64,000 nt of DNA from the NCBI RefSeq assembly GCF_009914755.1, contig NC_060926.1. The stretch is one strand, 5' to 3'. The stretch comes from the human T2T-CHM13v2.0 reference genome, Homo sapiens. A model generated the notes under the pieces. That model did no database searches, was not told the DNA's origin, and saw only the letters and a list, made by a program, of their open reading frames with translations. Below are positions 1 through 15,921 of this stretch, one piece after another. A program made the position numbers and the translations under genes. Each line of letters opens with the position of its first letter. Within the stretch, counting starts at the first letter, position 1.

Positions 1-1056
1 GGGTGACAGAAACCAAACATCAACAGAAGTGTCACTATTTCTAAGGACACTTTGAGTGAAGTGCTCATCTGATGACCGACCCCATGACTGCCAGAGGCTC
101 TTTTCCAGCTTTTTGGAATCTTTATCTTAGAAAACCCTTTGTTGTTGTGAAATGCTCTCAGGTCCAGAAAGGAAGTGAGGGTCAGTCAGCAATGCAATCG
201 CAACCCCCTCAGTACACACAAGCAGCACTGTGGAATAGCAACTGTTTTTGAAGGACTCATCTTCATTTGACCCTGGCTTAGAGTTGGTCTATGAGGGCTG
301 TTTCCTGGGGATTTCCACCTGAACTGCAAAGAGCCCTGGCCCCAGCTCATGCCACGTGGAGGATGGAGACAGCTGTATTTCTTGTGTGACTTTCTCTGTG
401 TGGCAAGAGGTAGATGAAGGGAGTCAAGGACAGAGCAAGTCTCTCTACAATCCTGAGCATCAACATAGCAACAGAAGCATTTTGTGACTTGTGTTCCTAA
501 GGGTAAGTTTAGGACAAATTACCAAAGCACATAGAATACACATTTGTAACTGACATTATTATCATTATTTTGCTTTTAGCTCAAGATTTATTCTTCATGA
601 TCTAGCAGTTATTCAAATGAGCATTTTCTTTTAGTAAAATCATTTGGCTTAGAGCTATCCATCTATTAATATTACCATTCATTACAAACATTTGAAAGCA
701 GACATGCATTTGTATTTTTTTAAATTAATCTTAGTTATCATGCATAGTTGGGTTTGAATTACAGACACTTGCAAGCTCATAAAAACTGTAAGGGGGATAA
801 ATTCATAAAATTTATTTTGCAAATAAATAAGCTGTAAGAATCATCAAATATCTCCAAAGATAAAATGAATCAGGGAGTCACATGTCATTCTAATGACCAG
901 CTTGTTAATCAGAGATTCCATAATTACATTCCTCACTGCACTGTTGTTGTTGTGAGGCTTCAATAAGAATATCAAGTTCTTGGTGCCCAGTAGGCATCTA
1001 ATAAATGAGAGTTGTTATTAATATGTTTAATCCTCAAAAACAGACATACCTACAAA

Positions 1057-1058
<2 letters not shown>

Positions 1059-1095
<37 letters not shown>
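1059..1095. repeat. (CA)18 microsatellite
   Basis: Read directly. Confidence 0.97.
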
Positions 1096-1097
<2 letters not shown>

Positions 1098-1281
1098 ATG
1101 GTCCTTTTAAAGGAATTCCATCTTTGGTGGAGACAGATGGATACCCCCTTCAGACCCTGAGCGTGAACATTGAATATCTATTCTTTGCTTTTTTGGAGCC
1201 TGGGTCATCTGAATACAATAAATATCCCTGAGAGCCTCTGTGAGTTCAGCCCTGGCTAGGTCAGCCCCTGAACACACACTA

Positions 1282-1733
<452 letters not shown>

Positions 1734-2099
1734 AATTTTCCTCCCGGTCCTGGAGGAGGAATATCTTCAAAACTGCCTGGAAGTTCTGGCTCCTGTCTGG
1801 GGTACACCTGAACAGGACCCTCTTTACCAGCCCTATCTGCTCCCTCTGCTCACATAACTGGTTCAACAGCCACACTCCTCATTTCTGTCCCCAAATAGAA
1901 TGTATGCTTATGTGTGTGGCTTTTCACATGCTGTACCCTATGCCTAGAATGCCTTTCCTCCCATTCCCCCTAAAACTTCTATCAAAGCTTAGAGCCACCC
2001 TGAATTGCTCTCCTCTCATAACCCACATCCTGTCTGCCAAGACATCCAGGTGGGCTTCTATATGCTGCCTTCAGAAAACACCTAGAATCTGCCTTTGAG

Positions 2100-3040
2100 T
2101 CACCATATTGGTAGTGAATACCTAATCTCTGAACATGTCCTCTCTTACCTGAATCACTGCAAGAGCTTCCTAAATGTTCCCTGCTTCTGCCCTTGCTTCC
2201 CTGGCCCCCTGTATGCTCTCAACACAGCAGCCAGAGTGACCTCCTTGCAACACAGTCAGATCATGTCATATCTCTGCTCAGAATTCTCCAAAGCAGAGGT
2301 GGGCTGGAATGGCAAGCATTAGTTAGTGAGGGCCAATCCTGCACATCTCTCCCCTATCTGTGGTCAGGAATGCCACACTCATGGCTTGAAATAGGCCAAG
2401 GTGGGAGATTTACCACAGAAATTGGCAAATGCTACAAACCAGGGCTTTTTATTTTTATTTTTCTGAGACCTAGTTGGCCAGCATACCGCTGCTCCTATGA
2501 TGGTACATTTCTCTCAGAGTCAAAGTCCAGGTCTTTAAAACTCCCCACAAGGCCCTCTGCAATCTGACCTTCTCTCCTCCTTCCTTGCCCTCTGCTCCAG
2601 TCACACTGACCTTGCTGCTCTTCAAACATGCCAGCACATTGTAGCGTCAGGGATTTTTGCCCTGGCTGCTCCCCATGTCTGGATCACTTCCCCCAGGTAA
2701 CCATACCTGGGCTCTGCTTATTCCTTCTCTTATGGTAAGTTCTTGCTCAAATGTCACCTTCTCCTTGAGGCTTACCTGACCACCTCCCCAAAAATGCTAA
2801 ACCCCTCTCCAACTCTCCTGACCTCCTTACACTGTTCTATTTTCCCCACAGCATTCTAACCCGCTATAGAATGCACTTACTTATTCTATTTTTTATTCAT
2901 ATTTATGCGCGGCATCCCTCCCCGCCACCCCACTAGAATACCACCTCCATGAGGGCAGGGCCTGTTTTCTTCCCTGATGCATTCCAGCACCTATAAGGGT
3001 GCCTGGCACCCAGAAGGCACTCAGTAAGCATTTATTGGCT
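2100..3040 (+). mobile_element. L2 fragment interrupted by a MER63A-like hAT element (~2293-2490)
   Basis: L2 3' end (tccagcacc...gtgcctggcac...tcagtaagcatttattg); insert resembles MER63A. Confidence 0.65.
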
Positions 3041-4873
3041 GACCGGCTAACCTGATCTTCAAATGCCCACCTGCTCTGTATATCTTCCCTAAACTTAGCA
3101 CCTTCCTGCCTTCCTCCTCTCCATCCCCAGAAGGTCCAGGCTTTTGTCCCTCTATGTTAGTGGAGTCCTCTTTGTACATGAAGCTGCTAAAGTGCTTCTG
3201 TTGCACCATAATGATTTTCTTACTAATGGCCTCCCCCATCAGCTGGCTATGTCTGAGCTCTTCAAAGCCATCTCCAGCACCTATCCCAGTGCCTGGCACA
3301 TGCACCACCCCATTGGTCTACTAAATGAACATATGAATGTATAGAGGAACAGTAGCCAGAATTTAATTTTTCACATTGATTCCTTTTCTCCTCCAGAGGC
3401 CCCCTTTGGTGATAGCTCTGCTAGGAAGGCCTAGAGCAGGGAGGGACTGGGAGATATCATAGAGGGAGGCAAAAGGGGTGCTTCTGGACTCTATGCTCTG
3501 AGCAGTCTGGTTATGACTATCATGCTCCTGCCACTTCTCTGCTCAGCCGTTACTCCTGCCTTTCATAAGCTCTGATCTCCCTTGATCCCTGGCTAGGGTC
3601 AGCTTTACACACAGGGAAAGAAGACTGCTGACCGTGGTGTGATGCCAAGGCTTCAGGAAGGGTTCTCATTCCCAAATACTTTCTTTCTCTTTGTGCCACT
3701 TTCCTTGGAGTCTTCTTGGAAAGCAAAGCCTCAGCTACCTGGTTCACTGCTTGAGGTCGTGATGGATGCGTAGAGTATTTTCAGTTTTTCAAAAGGTTTT
3801 ATGGAAATGCTGTTGTTTCTGTGTTGCTCAGAGTCTAGTGGGGGAGTCGGAAGCATGGGGTTATGGTTGTGGCAGAAGCTTCCAAGGAAAAGCTCAGGAT
3901 GCAGGAAGAATGCCTGAGGGGAGGCCTTTGGCTGGGAGCACGGAGGGGTCCAGGAGAGGAACTCTTCAGGCAGAGCCAACAGCATCTCGGTGAGCACAGG
4001 GCAGTGGGGACCGAGAGGCCGCCCGGGCTGGAGGGCAGTGAACACGGGCAGCGCAGAGTGGCACCGAGGAGGGAGGGGCTGATTGTGCAGGCCCCTAGGC
4101 CATGACAGGGCTTCTGCTTTTTACTGGAGGCCACAGGGAGCCATCCGAAGCTGCCCCCTCTAAAGGATTTTCTTGAGCGGGAAGTGGCAGGATCAGATCT
4201 GCGATTGAGAGAAGCCCTCCCTCTCTCATCCTCCCGCTCAAGCCCTGTGTCCTCTAAAGCCCTGGCTCACGGAGCAGGAAGGTGGCCTGGAGCCCAGCAG
4301 GCACTCAGTGCATGGCCAGAGGGAACGGGAGGCCCAGGGGTGTGCAAGAGAATGGGCGCCCGAGCCTGCAGAGCGCCTGGCAGTTTAGAGCGGTCCCGCC
4401 ATCTTCGGGGTCTTCCCTGCCACAGAGGCTTCTGAAGGTCGAGGCCCCTCGTCTGTCCCCAGTGACGCCCCTGTCCACACGGGCCAGCTCACTCCTGCTC
4501 TGCTAGCCAGGCCTATCCAGGACAAAGAAGGGGCTGTGCCCCTGCAGAGAGGGGGGTATCCTTTCCCAACCATCAAGTGAGAAGGAAGGGTCCACACCCA
4601 AAGCTAAGCCCCAGGGGAAGACAGGATGTCCCAACACATCCTGTAGAAGCACCTAGTCATCTTCCAGTTACCAATTTGCCTTACTTGTTCTGTTCAAATA
4701 GGGTAATTGTTTCCCCAAAAAGACTTGGGTATAGTGGAATGAAGTCACCAGAGACGTGCCTAAACAATGACAAACACCGGTCCTGGGTGCGCCGAAACCC
4801 TGGTAACCAGTTACTCAGACTGCGGGGCTGATTTTATCTTTCCTGAAGCAGCCGCGGAGCAAATTCAGTGATG

Positions 4874-4891
4874 GCACGCCCCCTGGTGGTG
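4874..4891 (-). promoter_or_regulatory. CTCF motif (CACCACCAGGGGGCGTGC)
   Basis: Near-perfect CTCF core in a locally CpG-retaining region. Confidence 0.7.
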
Positions 4892-5364
4892 ATACGAGGT
4901 TCTACCAGGCAGAAAGGACCGTTCTGGGGAGCGACTCCTCTGGGTGGAACGGAGAACGGGAGGAGGAGGAGGTTTCCGGACGTTCTCAGCGGCACATATT
5001 CATGGCTAATAATAAATGTTGATCTGTTGATTGAAATATGAAATAAAAGTGATTAATATAACCATTAGTAATCAAGGTATTGGAATGTGAGAATTTTAAT
5101 AAAAGGTAAATCATCAGCCAAGGCAGGAAGAAAGCAGGGAGAGTTGGTCTGATAAGAGAAATAACTTTTGAGAGCGTCCATATACTTTCTGCTTTGACAC
5201 TGTGGGTATTATATACTGTCTTTGTTTACCTAAGGCAGCCTCTCTTTTTATTTTGAAATTTTTCAAATATACACAAAACAGTGAAAAGAACTATAAATCC
5301 CCACATACCTACCACCCAAGTTCTGGAATATCAAGTTTTTGTCACTCTTGCTTTATGTATCCGA

Positions 5365-5665
<301 letters not shown>

Positions 5666-5714
5666 CATGTTCTTACATAGCCACACGCCCTTATTTCATC
5701 AAAAACATTATGTA

Positions 5715-6010
5715 GGCTGGGCGCCGTGGCTCACGCCTGTAATCCCAGCACTTCGGGAGCCCGACGGGGGTGGATCACGAGGTCAAGAGATCGAGACCAT
5801 CCTGGCTAACACGGTGAAACCCCGCCTCTACTAAAAATACAAAAAATTAGCCGGGCGTGGTGGCGGGCGCCTGTAGTCCCAGTTACTTGGGAGGCTGAGG
5901 CAGAATGGCGAGGACCAAGGAGGCGGAGCTTGCAGTGAGCTGAGACCGGCCACTGCACTCCAGCCTGGGCGAAAGTGCAAGACTCCGTCTCAAAAAAAAA
6001 AAAAAAAAAG
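5715..6010 (+). mobile_element. Alu (AluY-like)
   Basis: ggatcacgaggtc..gagatcgagaccatcctggctaacacggtg diagnostic; CpG-rich. Confidence 0.9.
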
Positions 6011-6042
6011 AACATTTTATAATTCCTTGGAGTCATCTAAAT

Positions 6043-6266
6043 CAAGCTCGTTCAACCCGTGGCCTGCGAGCCACATGCAGCCCAGGACGGCTTTGAATGC
6101 AGCACAACGCAAATTCGTAAGCTTTCTTAAAACATCATGAGATTTTTTGGTGTGATTTTTCCTTTATCAGCTCATCAGCTATCGTTAGTATTAGTGTATT
6201 TTATGTGTGGTAAAAGAATTCTTCTTCCACTGTGGCCCAGGGAAGCCAAAAGATTGGACACCCCTG
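6043..6266. mobile_element. MER30-like hAT-Charlie element with perfect 8-bp TSD ATCTAAAT
   Basis: TSD at 6035-6042 and 6267-6274; ends ggaagccaaaagattggacacccctg. Confidence 0.8.
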
Positions 6267-6424
6267 ATCTAAATGACCATACAAACAGTCTACATTTAGG
6301 CTTTCTTGAAAACTTATTGCAGTTGTCTGGTTGTTAGGTCTCTCTATCTCTCTCTTTCTCCTCTCTCTCCCTCCCTCCCCTTCTCTCTCTCTCCACCTCC
6401 CATTCCTTGTCCTCCCCTTCCTCC

Positions 6425-6900
6425 CTAACTGACTTATCCTTACATATAGTGAAACGCACAGGTATTAAGCATACAATTTAATGAGTGTTGACAAATGCTC
6501 ACACCTGGTAACCCACACCCTCATCAAGATAGTGAACATTCCCATCACCTCAGAAAGTTACCACCCGTGCTTTGGCAGCGAACTGTGTCCTCACCCCCAA
6601 ACCGCTTATCTGATTTCTTTCACCATGGATAAGTTTTGCCTGTTCTAGAATTTTATATAAAATGCACGCTTGCAGTGTGTAGTCTTTTTGAGTATGGCTG
6701 TTTGTGCTCAGCATGATATTCTTGAGGTTCATCTGTGTCTTTACTGAGTTGCATTCCATTGCTCGCATTTACTACAATTTGTTTATGCACTCTCCTCTTA
6801 CTGAGCATCTAGATTGTTTCCAATTTAGGCTATTATGAATAAAGCTGCTATAAATATTTTTGCATAAATCTTTTTATGGACATATGTTTTCAGAGTGTAC
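6425..6900 (-). mobile_element. Old L1M 3' fragment
   Basis: ggctattatgaataaagctgctataaat..., ctcagcatgatattcttgaggttcatc L1M signatures. Confidence 0.75.
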
Positions 6901-7054
6901 ACTTATGTTTAGCTTTATGAGGAAAAACTTGTCTCATCTAAAGCACTTCTTGGTCTCCCTTTTTGTTCAGTTGTCCAATAGTTCAATATTCTGCACATAC
7001 CCGTCAGCTTCCTTGTGGTATCACTTACCTGGTCCCTGCTCTGATTTCTAGATT

Positions 7055-7375
7055 TTGTTTGTTGTTGTTTTTTTTTTTTTTTTTGGAGACATGATCTCAC
7101 TCCGTCACCCAGGCTGGAATGCAGTGGTACAATCACAGCTTACTGGCAGGTTTAAACTCCTCAGCTCAAGCCAACCTCCTACCTTAGCCTCCCAAGTAGC
7201 TAGAACTACAGGTGTATGCCACCATGCCCAGCTAAGCATTAGAAAAAGGTTATCTTTTGTAGAGATGGGGTCTCCCTATGTTGTCCAGATTGGCCTTGAA
7301 CTCCTGGCTTCAAGCGATTCTCCTGCCTCAGCCTTCCAAAGTGCTGGATTACAGGCATGAGCCACTGAGCCTAGT
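7055..7375 (-). mobile_element. Alu (AluJ-like)
   Basis: Reverse-complement Alu. Confidence 0.9.
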
Positions 7376-8554
7376 CAAAATTCTGAAGGAAAATGCTGGA
7401 GTTTTTATAAACTGAAAGTTGGATCTAAAACCTGGAGGAGGGAGGCAGAGGTTGCAGCCAGCTGAGATCACATCACTGCATTCTAGCCTGGGTGATGGAG
7501 TCAGACGCTGTCTCAAAATAAAAAAATAAAACCTGGAGAAGACACACGTTAGTCACTATGGCAAGAATGACTCAGAAGTGATGCTATATTGTTTATCCTG
7601 CATCTCATTAGAAAGCACGTAAGTGGCATGCTTGCCCCACTTGCAGTTAAGACAATAAGACTGATCAGTAGATCTAAGGAGTGGAGGCCTGATTCCTCAC
7701 TGTATCCTCCATCAACCTCTCATCTTTTGGCTTCAGATGATCTTTACCTTGAATAAATTCCTTTGTTAAGGATTACAAAATAGTGGCTTTTGAAATTCTG
7801 TCATCTCTCTACATTTATTATCTGGAATTCTTCTGTAAAGAAGCTTCCTTTATCAACTTTCCGTCATTGTCATTTGGCAAAGGCGGGAAAATGTGTAACT
7901 ATTTGTCTGTAATTGCATGTGTCACTAGCAGTTTTAATTCACTAGCAATTTTAGTTGCTAGTGAAAAGTTTTAATCTGGCTGATTGTTAGAAACTTTCTA
8001 AAAGCTAAGACAAGAAAAGCTCTCATAATGAAGTATTATTCAAAATGTAAGTATGAGAGCTCCCTCATCTTGCTTTAAGAAAAAGATACATAATATAGAA
8101 AAACATTGACATATCAATGGACTTGGATCCACTCTGGGCTAAACAGTTATAATTGTAATGATAATAACTACTAACATTTAGGGAACATTTCTTATCGATT
8201 TAAATTAATAATTAAATTGAATTAATGTTTGTGATAAGTTATTGAGAAGATAAAAGTACTAGTCATTGTGCAGTCTAGAGGGCTTTAATCAAGTTAGATT
8301 TAACTTTTCCCCTTGAGGAAATCATGGATTCGTTTTATTGAGTAGACATTTACTGAGCATTCACTTCACTGGTAAAACAAAGATGAATTAGACCCAGACA
8401 CTATGAGGCCTCAAGGGGCCTAATAGATGAATTTTGTCTCACTGGTTCCTGGGACTTGCTTTGGTCAGATATTTATGGTCTCTGTTGTGGTATGTACAAA
8501 GAACACCCTGAAGCGCTTGGCAACACCCTGAGGTCAGATATCACCTGCCCTATA

Positions 8555-8966
8555 GGCAGGTGACAAATAACCGGCTCTGGGATGGGGGAAGGGAGAAGGT
8601 TTGATTGGTAACATTTGCCTATTTCCGTGGTGCAAATACAACCACCATGGCCTGTTTCAACCTGCCAAAATAATGTCACTGAATGCCGAGTTGCAAAGAT
8701 ATGCATAGCACACCATTATATAGTATTTCCACTATACAGATACAATAGAGGTAAATAACGTCACAAGCATAGATAATGATTAAATAGAGTAAAATAAGGA
8801 AGGGATGAGCTTTGAGTATTTATTATCTTTGTAATATAACTTAATTGTAAGTTTATATAATTTAATTTTTAATGATGACTATGTTTAACAAGTGGCTTGC
8901 ACAATTTCTGAAAATTTAACAGCTCTAGAGAGCCAGTATGTATGAGCCTGCTCCAGCACACCACTG
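8555..8966 (-). mobile_element. MER63-like hAT-Blackjack element
   Basis: Terminus gagcctgctccagcacaccactg; internal similarity to the 2293-2490 copy. Confidence 0.6.
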
Positions 8967-9140
8967 CTTACACTCATGCAGTATTACAAGATAGCCATTG
9001 TATTATACTCATGGAGCTGGGGACTTGGAACAATGTGGCTGGGATGACACTCTGCGTGGGGATGGTCAGTGGCCTTAGGGCATGGTAGAAGAGAGGAGCT
9101 TAGTACAGTAATATGGGTTATTTCCTTGTCTCTTCTGTGG

Positions 9141-9580
9141 GGGTTATTTAGTTTCCATCTACTGGTATAAAAATTATCCTAAACTTAGTGCTTTAAAACA
9201 ATACAAGTTTATTATCTCACAGTTCTGGAGGTCAGAAGTCAGAAAGTGTTCTCACTGGGCTAGAATTAATGTGTCTGCAGGGCTGTGTTGAAGGCTCTGA
9301 GGGAGAATCCTTTTCCTTACCTTTATCAGCTTCCAGAAGCCACCCACAGTCTTTGGCTTGTGTCCTCTTTACTCCGTCTTCAATGCTGGTAAAAACTTAG
9401 CAATGTTAGTCAAGTCCTTTCCCATTGCCATCTCTTTGGTTTTTCAATTTGAATAGCTGATTAGCAACCTTAACTCCATGTGCAAACTTAATTCCCCTTT
9501 GCCGTGTAACCTAACACATTTTTAGGTTCCAGGGACTAGAATGTGGCTATCTTTGAGAGTCCATTATTCTTCCTAACACA
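9141..9580 (-). mobile_element. MLT1 (ERVL-MaLR) solo LTR
   Basis: aaacttagtgctttaaaacaatacaagtttattatctcacagttctggaggtcagaagtc motif. Confidence 0.8.
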
Positions 9581-10147
9581 GGGGTGCTGACAGATATCTC
9601 CAGCTGGCTCTGCACACACTGTATTCTGGGAGGACCTTCTGGAGAAGGTGCTTGGAGCCCTAGAAGGTAAGATACAATGAGAATCCCATGGAAGCTGCTG
9701 ATTTGCCTTGGCTAATCAGCAAGTAGAAATAAGTGTTAGGAAGAAAATAAATAACAGGCAGAGAGAGAGAGAGAGAGATGGAAAAGAGAAGTATTTTAGT
9801 AGATGGTAAGGGAAGGTCTCTCTGAAGTGTTGATATGTGAGCTAAGACCTGCCATGCCAAGATCTGGGAAAGGCCAGGCCAAGGATAACGGCACCAAGGA
9901 AGTGCTGGATGGGGCTGGAGTTTAACTGCCTTAACCATCCCAAATAAGTAGAGCAATGTGTTCACTATGCACTCAACTTTTAAGGTAAGTCCACCACCTA
10001 GTTTCCTCTTCCAAGCAGATCTATCTTCCGAAATCCCTCCTAATAGAGATTGTGGAGTGCCACTGGGGAAAAATGAGTACAAAGTTTCTGAAGATTGGTA
10101 TGTTTGAAGAACAGAAAAAAGAGCAGTGGAGATGAGGGCTAATAGCT

Positions 10148-10666
10148 TGTTATAATAATGGCACCCAGAGAATCATGCTTCCCTATGTCCATGCCCCTGT
10201 ACAATTGATGTTCTGCTCTTTCTGTCAAGAGACATTATCTGTTTTTCCACCCCCTTAAATCTGGGATGGCCTTGTGACTTGCTTGTTCAATAGAAAATAG
10301 CGGCAGTGGTGGTGTCCAATTCCAGGGCCTAGACTTTAAGTGGCCTTGGGGCTTTGCTATCATCACCCTCTTCAAACTCCACCATGCTATGAAGAAGCTC
10401 TGTCTAGCTTACTGGAGGACAGGTGGACACAAAGAGGATAACTGAGGAGCACAGCCAACAGCCAACACCAACTGCTTCACATACACTTGAGGCTATTTAG
10501 ACCTTCCAGCCATAGTTGCACCATCAAGATAGCTGTAGCTGTGTGAGTGCTTTTAGGTGAGGCCAGCAGAAAAACCTACAGAATCACAGGAAATAATAAA
10601 GCATTGCTGTTTTAAATCACTATGTTTTTGGGGAGGTTTGTTATGCAGCAATAGATAACTGTTACA
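10148..10666 (+). mobile_element. MLT1 solo LTR
   Basis: Ends ttgttatgcagcaatagataactgttaca, a typical MLT1 3' end. Confidence 0.75.
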
Positions 10667-10787
10667 TGAAATGGGGAGGTTTGAGGGACCAGATTATGTA
10701 AAGCTTTATTAGCCATGGTAAGGAACTTGGATTTTATTCTAAGTACTCTGAGGAATCATGGGGTTTTAAGGAGAGTAACATGCTTTA

Positions 10788-11520
<733 letters not shown>

Positions 11521-11662
11521 TCAGGCATCCAGACAAGAGATGATGGCAGTGGAGATGGAGAACAGTGGACAGATTTGGGTCCTGCTAATGGATTGGCTTA
11601 GAAAAGAAATAGTGAATAATGATCTTCTTTGAAATTCAGGGCTATATAAATAAATGCACTTT

Positions 11663-11970
11663 GGACTGGGCGTGGTGGCTCATGCCTGTAATACCAACAC
11701 TTTGGGAGGCCTAAGGTGAGAATATCACCTGACCCCAGGAGTTTGAGACCAGCCTGGCCAACATAGTGAGACCCTGTCTCCATAAAAAGTAAAAAAAAAA
11801 AAAATTTGTCAGATGTGGTGGAGTGTGCCTGTAGTCTCAGCTACTCCTCAAGAGGCTGAGGCAAGAGGATCACTTCAGCATGGGAGGTCGAGGCTGTAGT
11901 GTGCTGTGATTGTACTACTGCACTCCCGCCTGGGTGACAGAGCAAGACCCTGTCTCAAATAAATAAATAA
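11663..11970 (+). mobile_element. Alu (AluJ-like)
   Basis: Alu consensus. Confidence 0.9.
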
Positions 11971-12060
11971 AACATGTACTTTGCATTGTCTTTTCTTCCT
12001 TTGGTGGACAGGGCAGTGCTTGACAAGTGACAGTAAACAGACAGAAACTTGGAAGCCTGA

Positions 12061-12402
<342 letters not shown>

Positions 12403-12809
12403 AACAAAACGTTAAAAATAAATTAAGTTAAAAAGAAATTGTCTTGTAAATGCTTTGCTCTGAAGGATCTGACAGGCAAAAGACACCAATGGGCTCACAG
12501 ACAGGACCACTGCCCCAGTAGATTGGGAAACAAGAGCCTTAGGAAGTGAAAGGCATGAAAGTATGGGGGAGGGACCACAGAGGAAGGAGATGAAGAGGAG
12601 AGAGATAAGAGGGAGAAGGTGAAACTGGAAACCCATCCAGAAGTGGGCAGAAACACAATGGGAAAAGTGAGAAAACCACTCTGTGTTTGTGGGAGTGTCA
12701 TGTGGCTGCTTTCTTTCTGACGATGGACAGCCCTGCACTCAGGCAGGCATAATTGGGGGCTTACTCAGGCATCCCTGAGTATAGAGGGCTAAATAAGATG
12801 CAGTCCTAG

Positions 12810-13120
12810 ATGAGCACGGTGGCTCATGCCTGTAATCCCACCTGGGAGGCCGAGGTGGGAGGATCACTCGAGCCCAGGAGTTTGAGACCAGCGTGGGACA
12901 ACATAGTGAGACCTCGTCTCTACAAAAACAAAAGACAAAAATAAATAGCCAGGCATGATGACACATGCCTGTAGTCCTAGCTACACAGGAGGCTAAGGTG
13001 GGAGGATTGCTTGAGCCTGGGCAGTCAAGGGTGCAGTGAGCTGAGATCACACCACTGCACTCCAGCCTGGGCAACACAGCAAAACTGTCTCAAAAAAAAA
13101 AAAAAAACAAAAAAAAAAAA
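12810..13120 (+). mobile_element. Alu (AluJ-like)
   Basis: Alu consensus with long A tail. Confidence 0.9.
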
Positions 13121-13244
13121 GATACTTCTCATTACTTCTCATGCTAAGAATCTTGAAGTTTAGTCGAGGGCACATGACCAAACATGGTATAATAGGAACT
13201 TAAATGTAAATAATGGTCCACATTTTAAAAGTGCTAAAGTGCCA

Positions 13245-13760
<516 letters not shown>

Positions 13761-14059
13761 TTAATCTATGAAGCTAGTAACCTGTGACAAGAAAGGGGAT
13801 GGACTGGAGTCAGGGAGAATGGTTAGAAGGCCGTTTCTAAGTAGACCAGCAGCCTCAGATGAGGCTCATGATTGCTACTATTTGTAGAGCTATGGAGTAA
13901 GGCCGTACCACCCTGCACCTAAAGGGCAGGTCCAAAAGACCTGTGCCCTCACTCTACGTCTTTATGTGATACTGGCAAGGAATAAAATAGTGACACTTGT
14001 AGTAGAGTAAGAAGATAAACCATGGACAATTGTAAAGCATCTTTAAAAACTGAAGACAC

Positions 14060-15645
14060 AAGTGGGTGGGTGATGAGAAATTGCTTAGTGGGTACAATGT
14101 ATGTTATTCGGGTGACAGATACACTGAAAGCTCAGACTTCATCACTACACAATATATCCATCTAACAAAATTTCACTTGCACGCCTTAAATTTATACAAA
14201 TTTTTAAAAATCAGAAAACAATCCTGAGGACATAAACACACACATGGAAGTATGTTCAATATATGCACTAGCATGTTCATTGCAACATTATTCACAATGG
14301 CAACGAAATGGAATCAACCCAGGTGCCCATCAGTGGTGGGCTGGATAAAGACAGTGTGGTACATATACACCATGGAATGTTACACAGCCATAAAAAGGAA
14401 TAAAATCTTGTCCTTTGCAGCAACACGCATGCAGCTGGAGGCCATTATCCTAAGCGAATTAAAGCAGAAATAGAAAACCAAATACCGCACATTCTCATTT
14501 ATGAGTGGGAGCTAAACATTGGGTACACATGGACATAAAGATGGGATCAATAGAGGATGGGGATTATAAATACTGAGGAGGAAGGGAGGGGGGCAAGGGT
14601 TGAAAAACTATCTACTGGGTACTATGCTTACTGGGTGACAGGTTCAATCGTACCTCAAACCTCAGCATCACACAATATACCCTTGTAACAAACCTGCATG
14701 TGTATGGCCTGAATACAAAATAAAAGTTGAAATTTTTAAGAAAGCATGTTCAATATTACTAATTTTCAGGGAAATGCAAATCAAAACCACAATGAGAAAG
14801 CACTTCTCACCCACTAGTTCAGCCATTATTAAAAAAATTAAAAAGCATCTTCGGTATCACTAATCATTAAGGAAATGCACATCAAAAACCACAGGGAGAA
14901 AACACTTCTCACCCAATTGGTTAGCTATAATGTAAATAAGCAAACAAAAAAGATAGCAAAAGAAAGTAACAAGTATTAGTAAGGATGTGGAGAAACTGGA
15001 ACCCTTGTACATTCCTGGTGGGAACATAAGAGTGCAGCCACTGTGGGAAATGGCATGATGGTTCCTCCAAAAAAAAAAAAATTAAATATAAAATTACTAT
15101 ATGACTCTGCAATTTCACTTCTGGGTATATCCCCAAAACAATTGAACACAGGAACTTGAACAGATATTTGTACACCCATGTTCATAAGAGCATTATTCCC
15201 AATATGCAAAAGTTGGAAAAAAACCAAATGTTCATCAATGGATGAATGGATAAACAAATATGGTATATATATACAATGGAATATTATTCTTTTTTAAAAA
15301 GGAAAGAAATTCTGACACATGTTATGACAGTGCTGAACTTTAAAAACACTATGCTCAGTGAAATAAGCCAGACACAAAAGGACAAAACATTATATGAGTT
15401 CACTTATATGAGGTCCTAGAGTAATGAAATTCATAGAGACAGAAAGTAGAAGAGTGGTTGCCAGGGGTGGGGGGCAGGAGGATGACGAGTTTTCATTTCA
15501 GGGATATGGAGTTTCAGTTTGGGAAGATAAAAAAGTTCTGGATGGGTGGTGGTGATTGCACTACAATATGAATGCACTTGATGCTGTGGAAGCATACACT
15601 TAAAAATTGTTAAAATGGTAAAATTTATTTATATATTTTAACATA
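14060..15645 (+). mobile_element. Stacked L1 3'-end fragments (L1PB/L1MA/L1MB-like)
   Basis: ORF2 C-terminal remnants (e.g. MFIATLFTMATKWNQPRCPS) and 3'UTR motifs. Confidence 0.85.
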
Positions 15646-15921
15646 CACATTCGAACCCCCTTCCACACACACACACAAACTGAGGACTATCCCCTGCCTC
15701 CCCACCCTCAAGAGCCAAACTTAACAATCCAATACATTTGACCCCCTTATATGTGATCTGGTCACTCATTGCTCCTCAATACACATGTTTTGTTTTACAG
15801 CCAGTAAGTAGAACGAATACAATCAGATTTAAGGGCCTAACAGTGGAAAAAGGGAAGGCCTCATGCTTAAGAAAACAGAACTCTTTAATATCTAATTTTA
15901 ATTCAAGATTAACATTTATTA

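Noticed and set aside
14252-15257. ORFs resembling L1 ORF2 C-terminus (also 60126-60491)
   Set aside because: Degenerate L1 remnants without intact EN/RT domains
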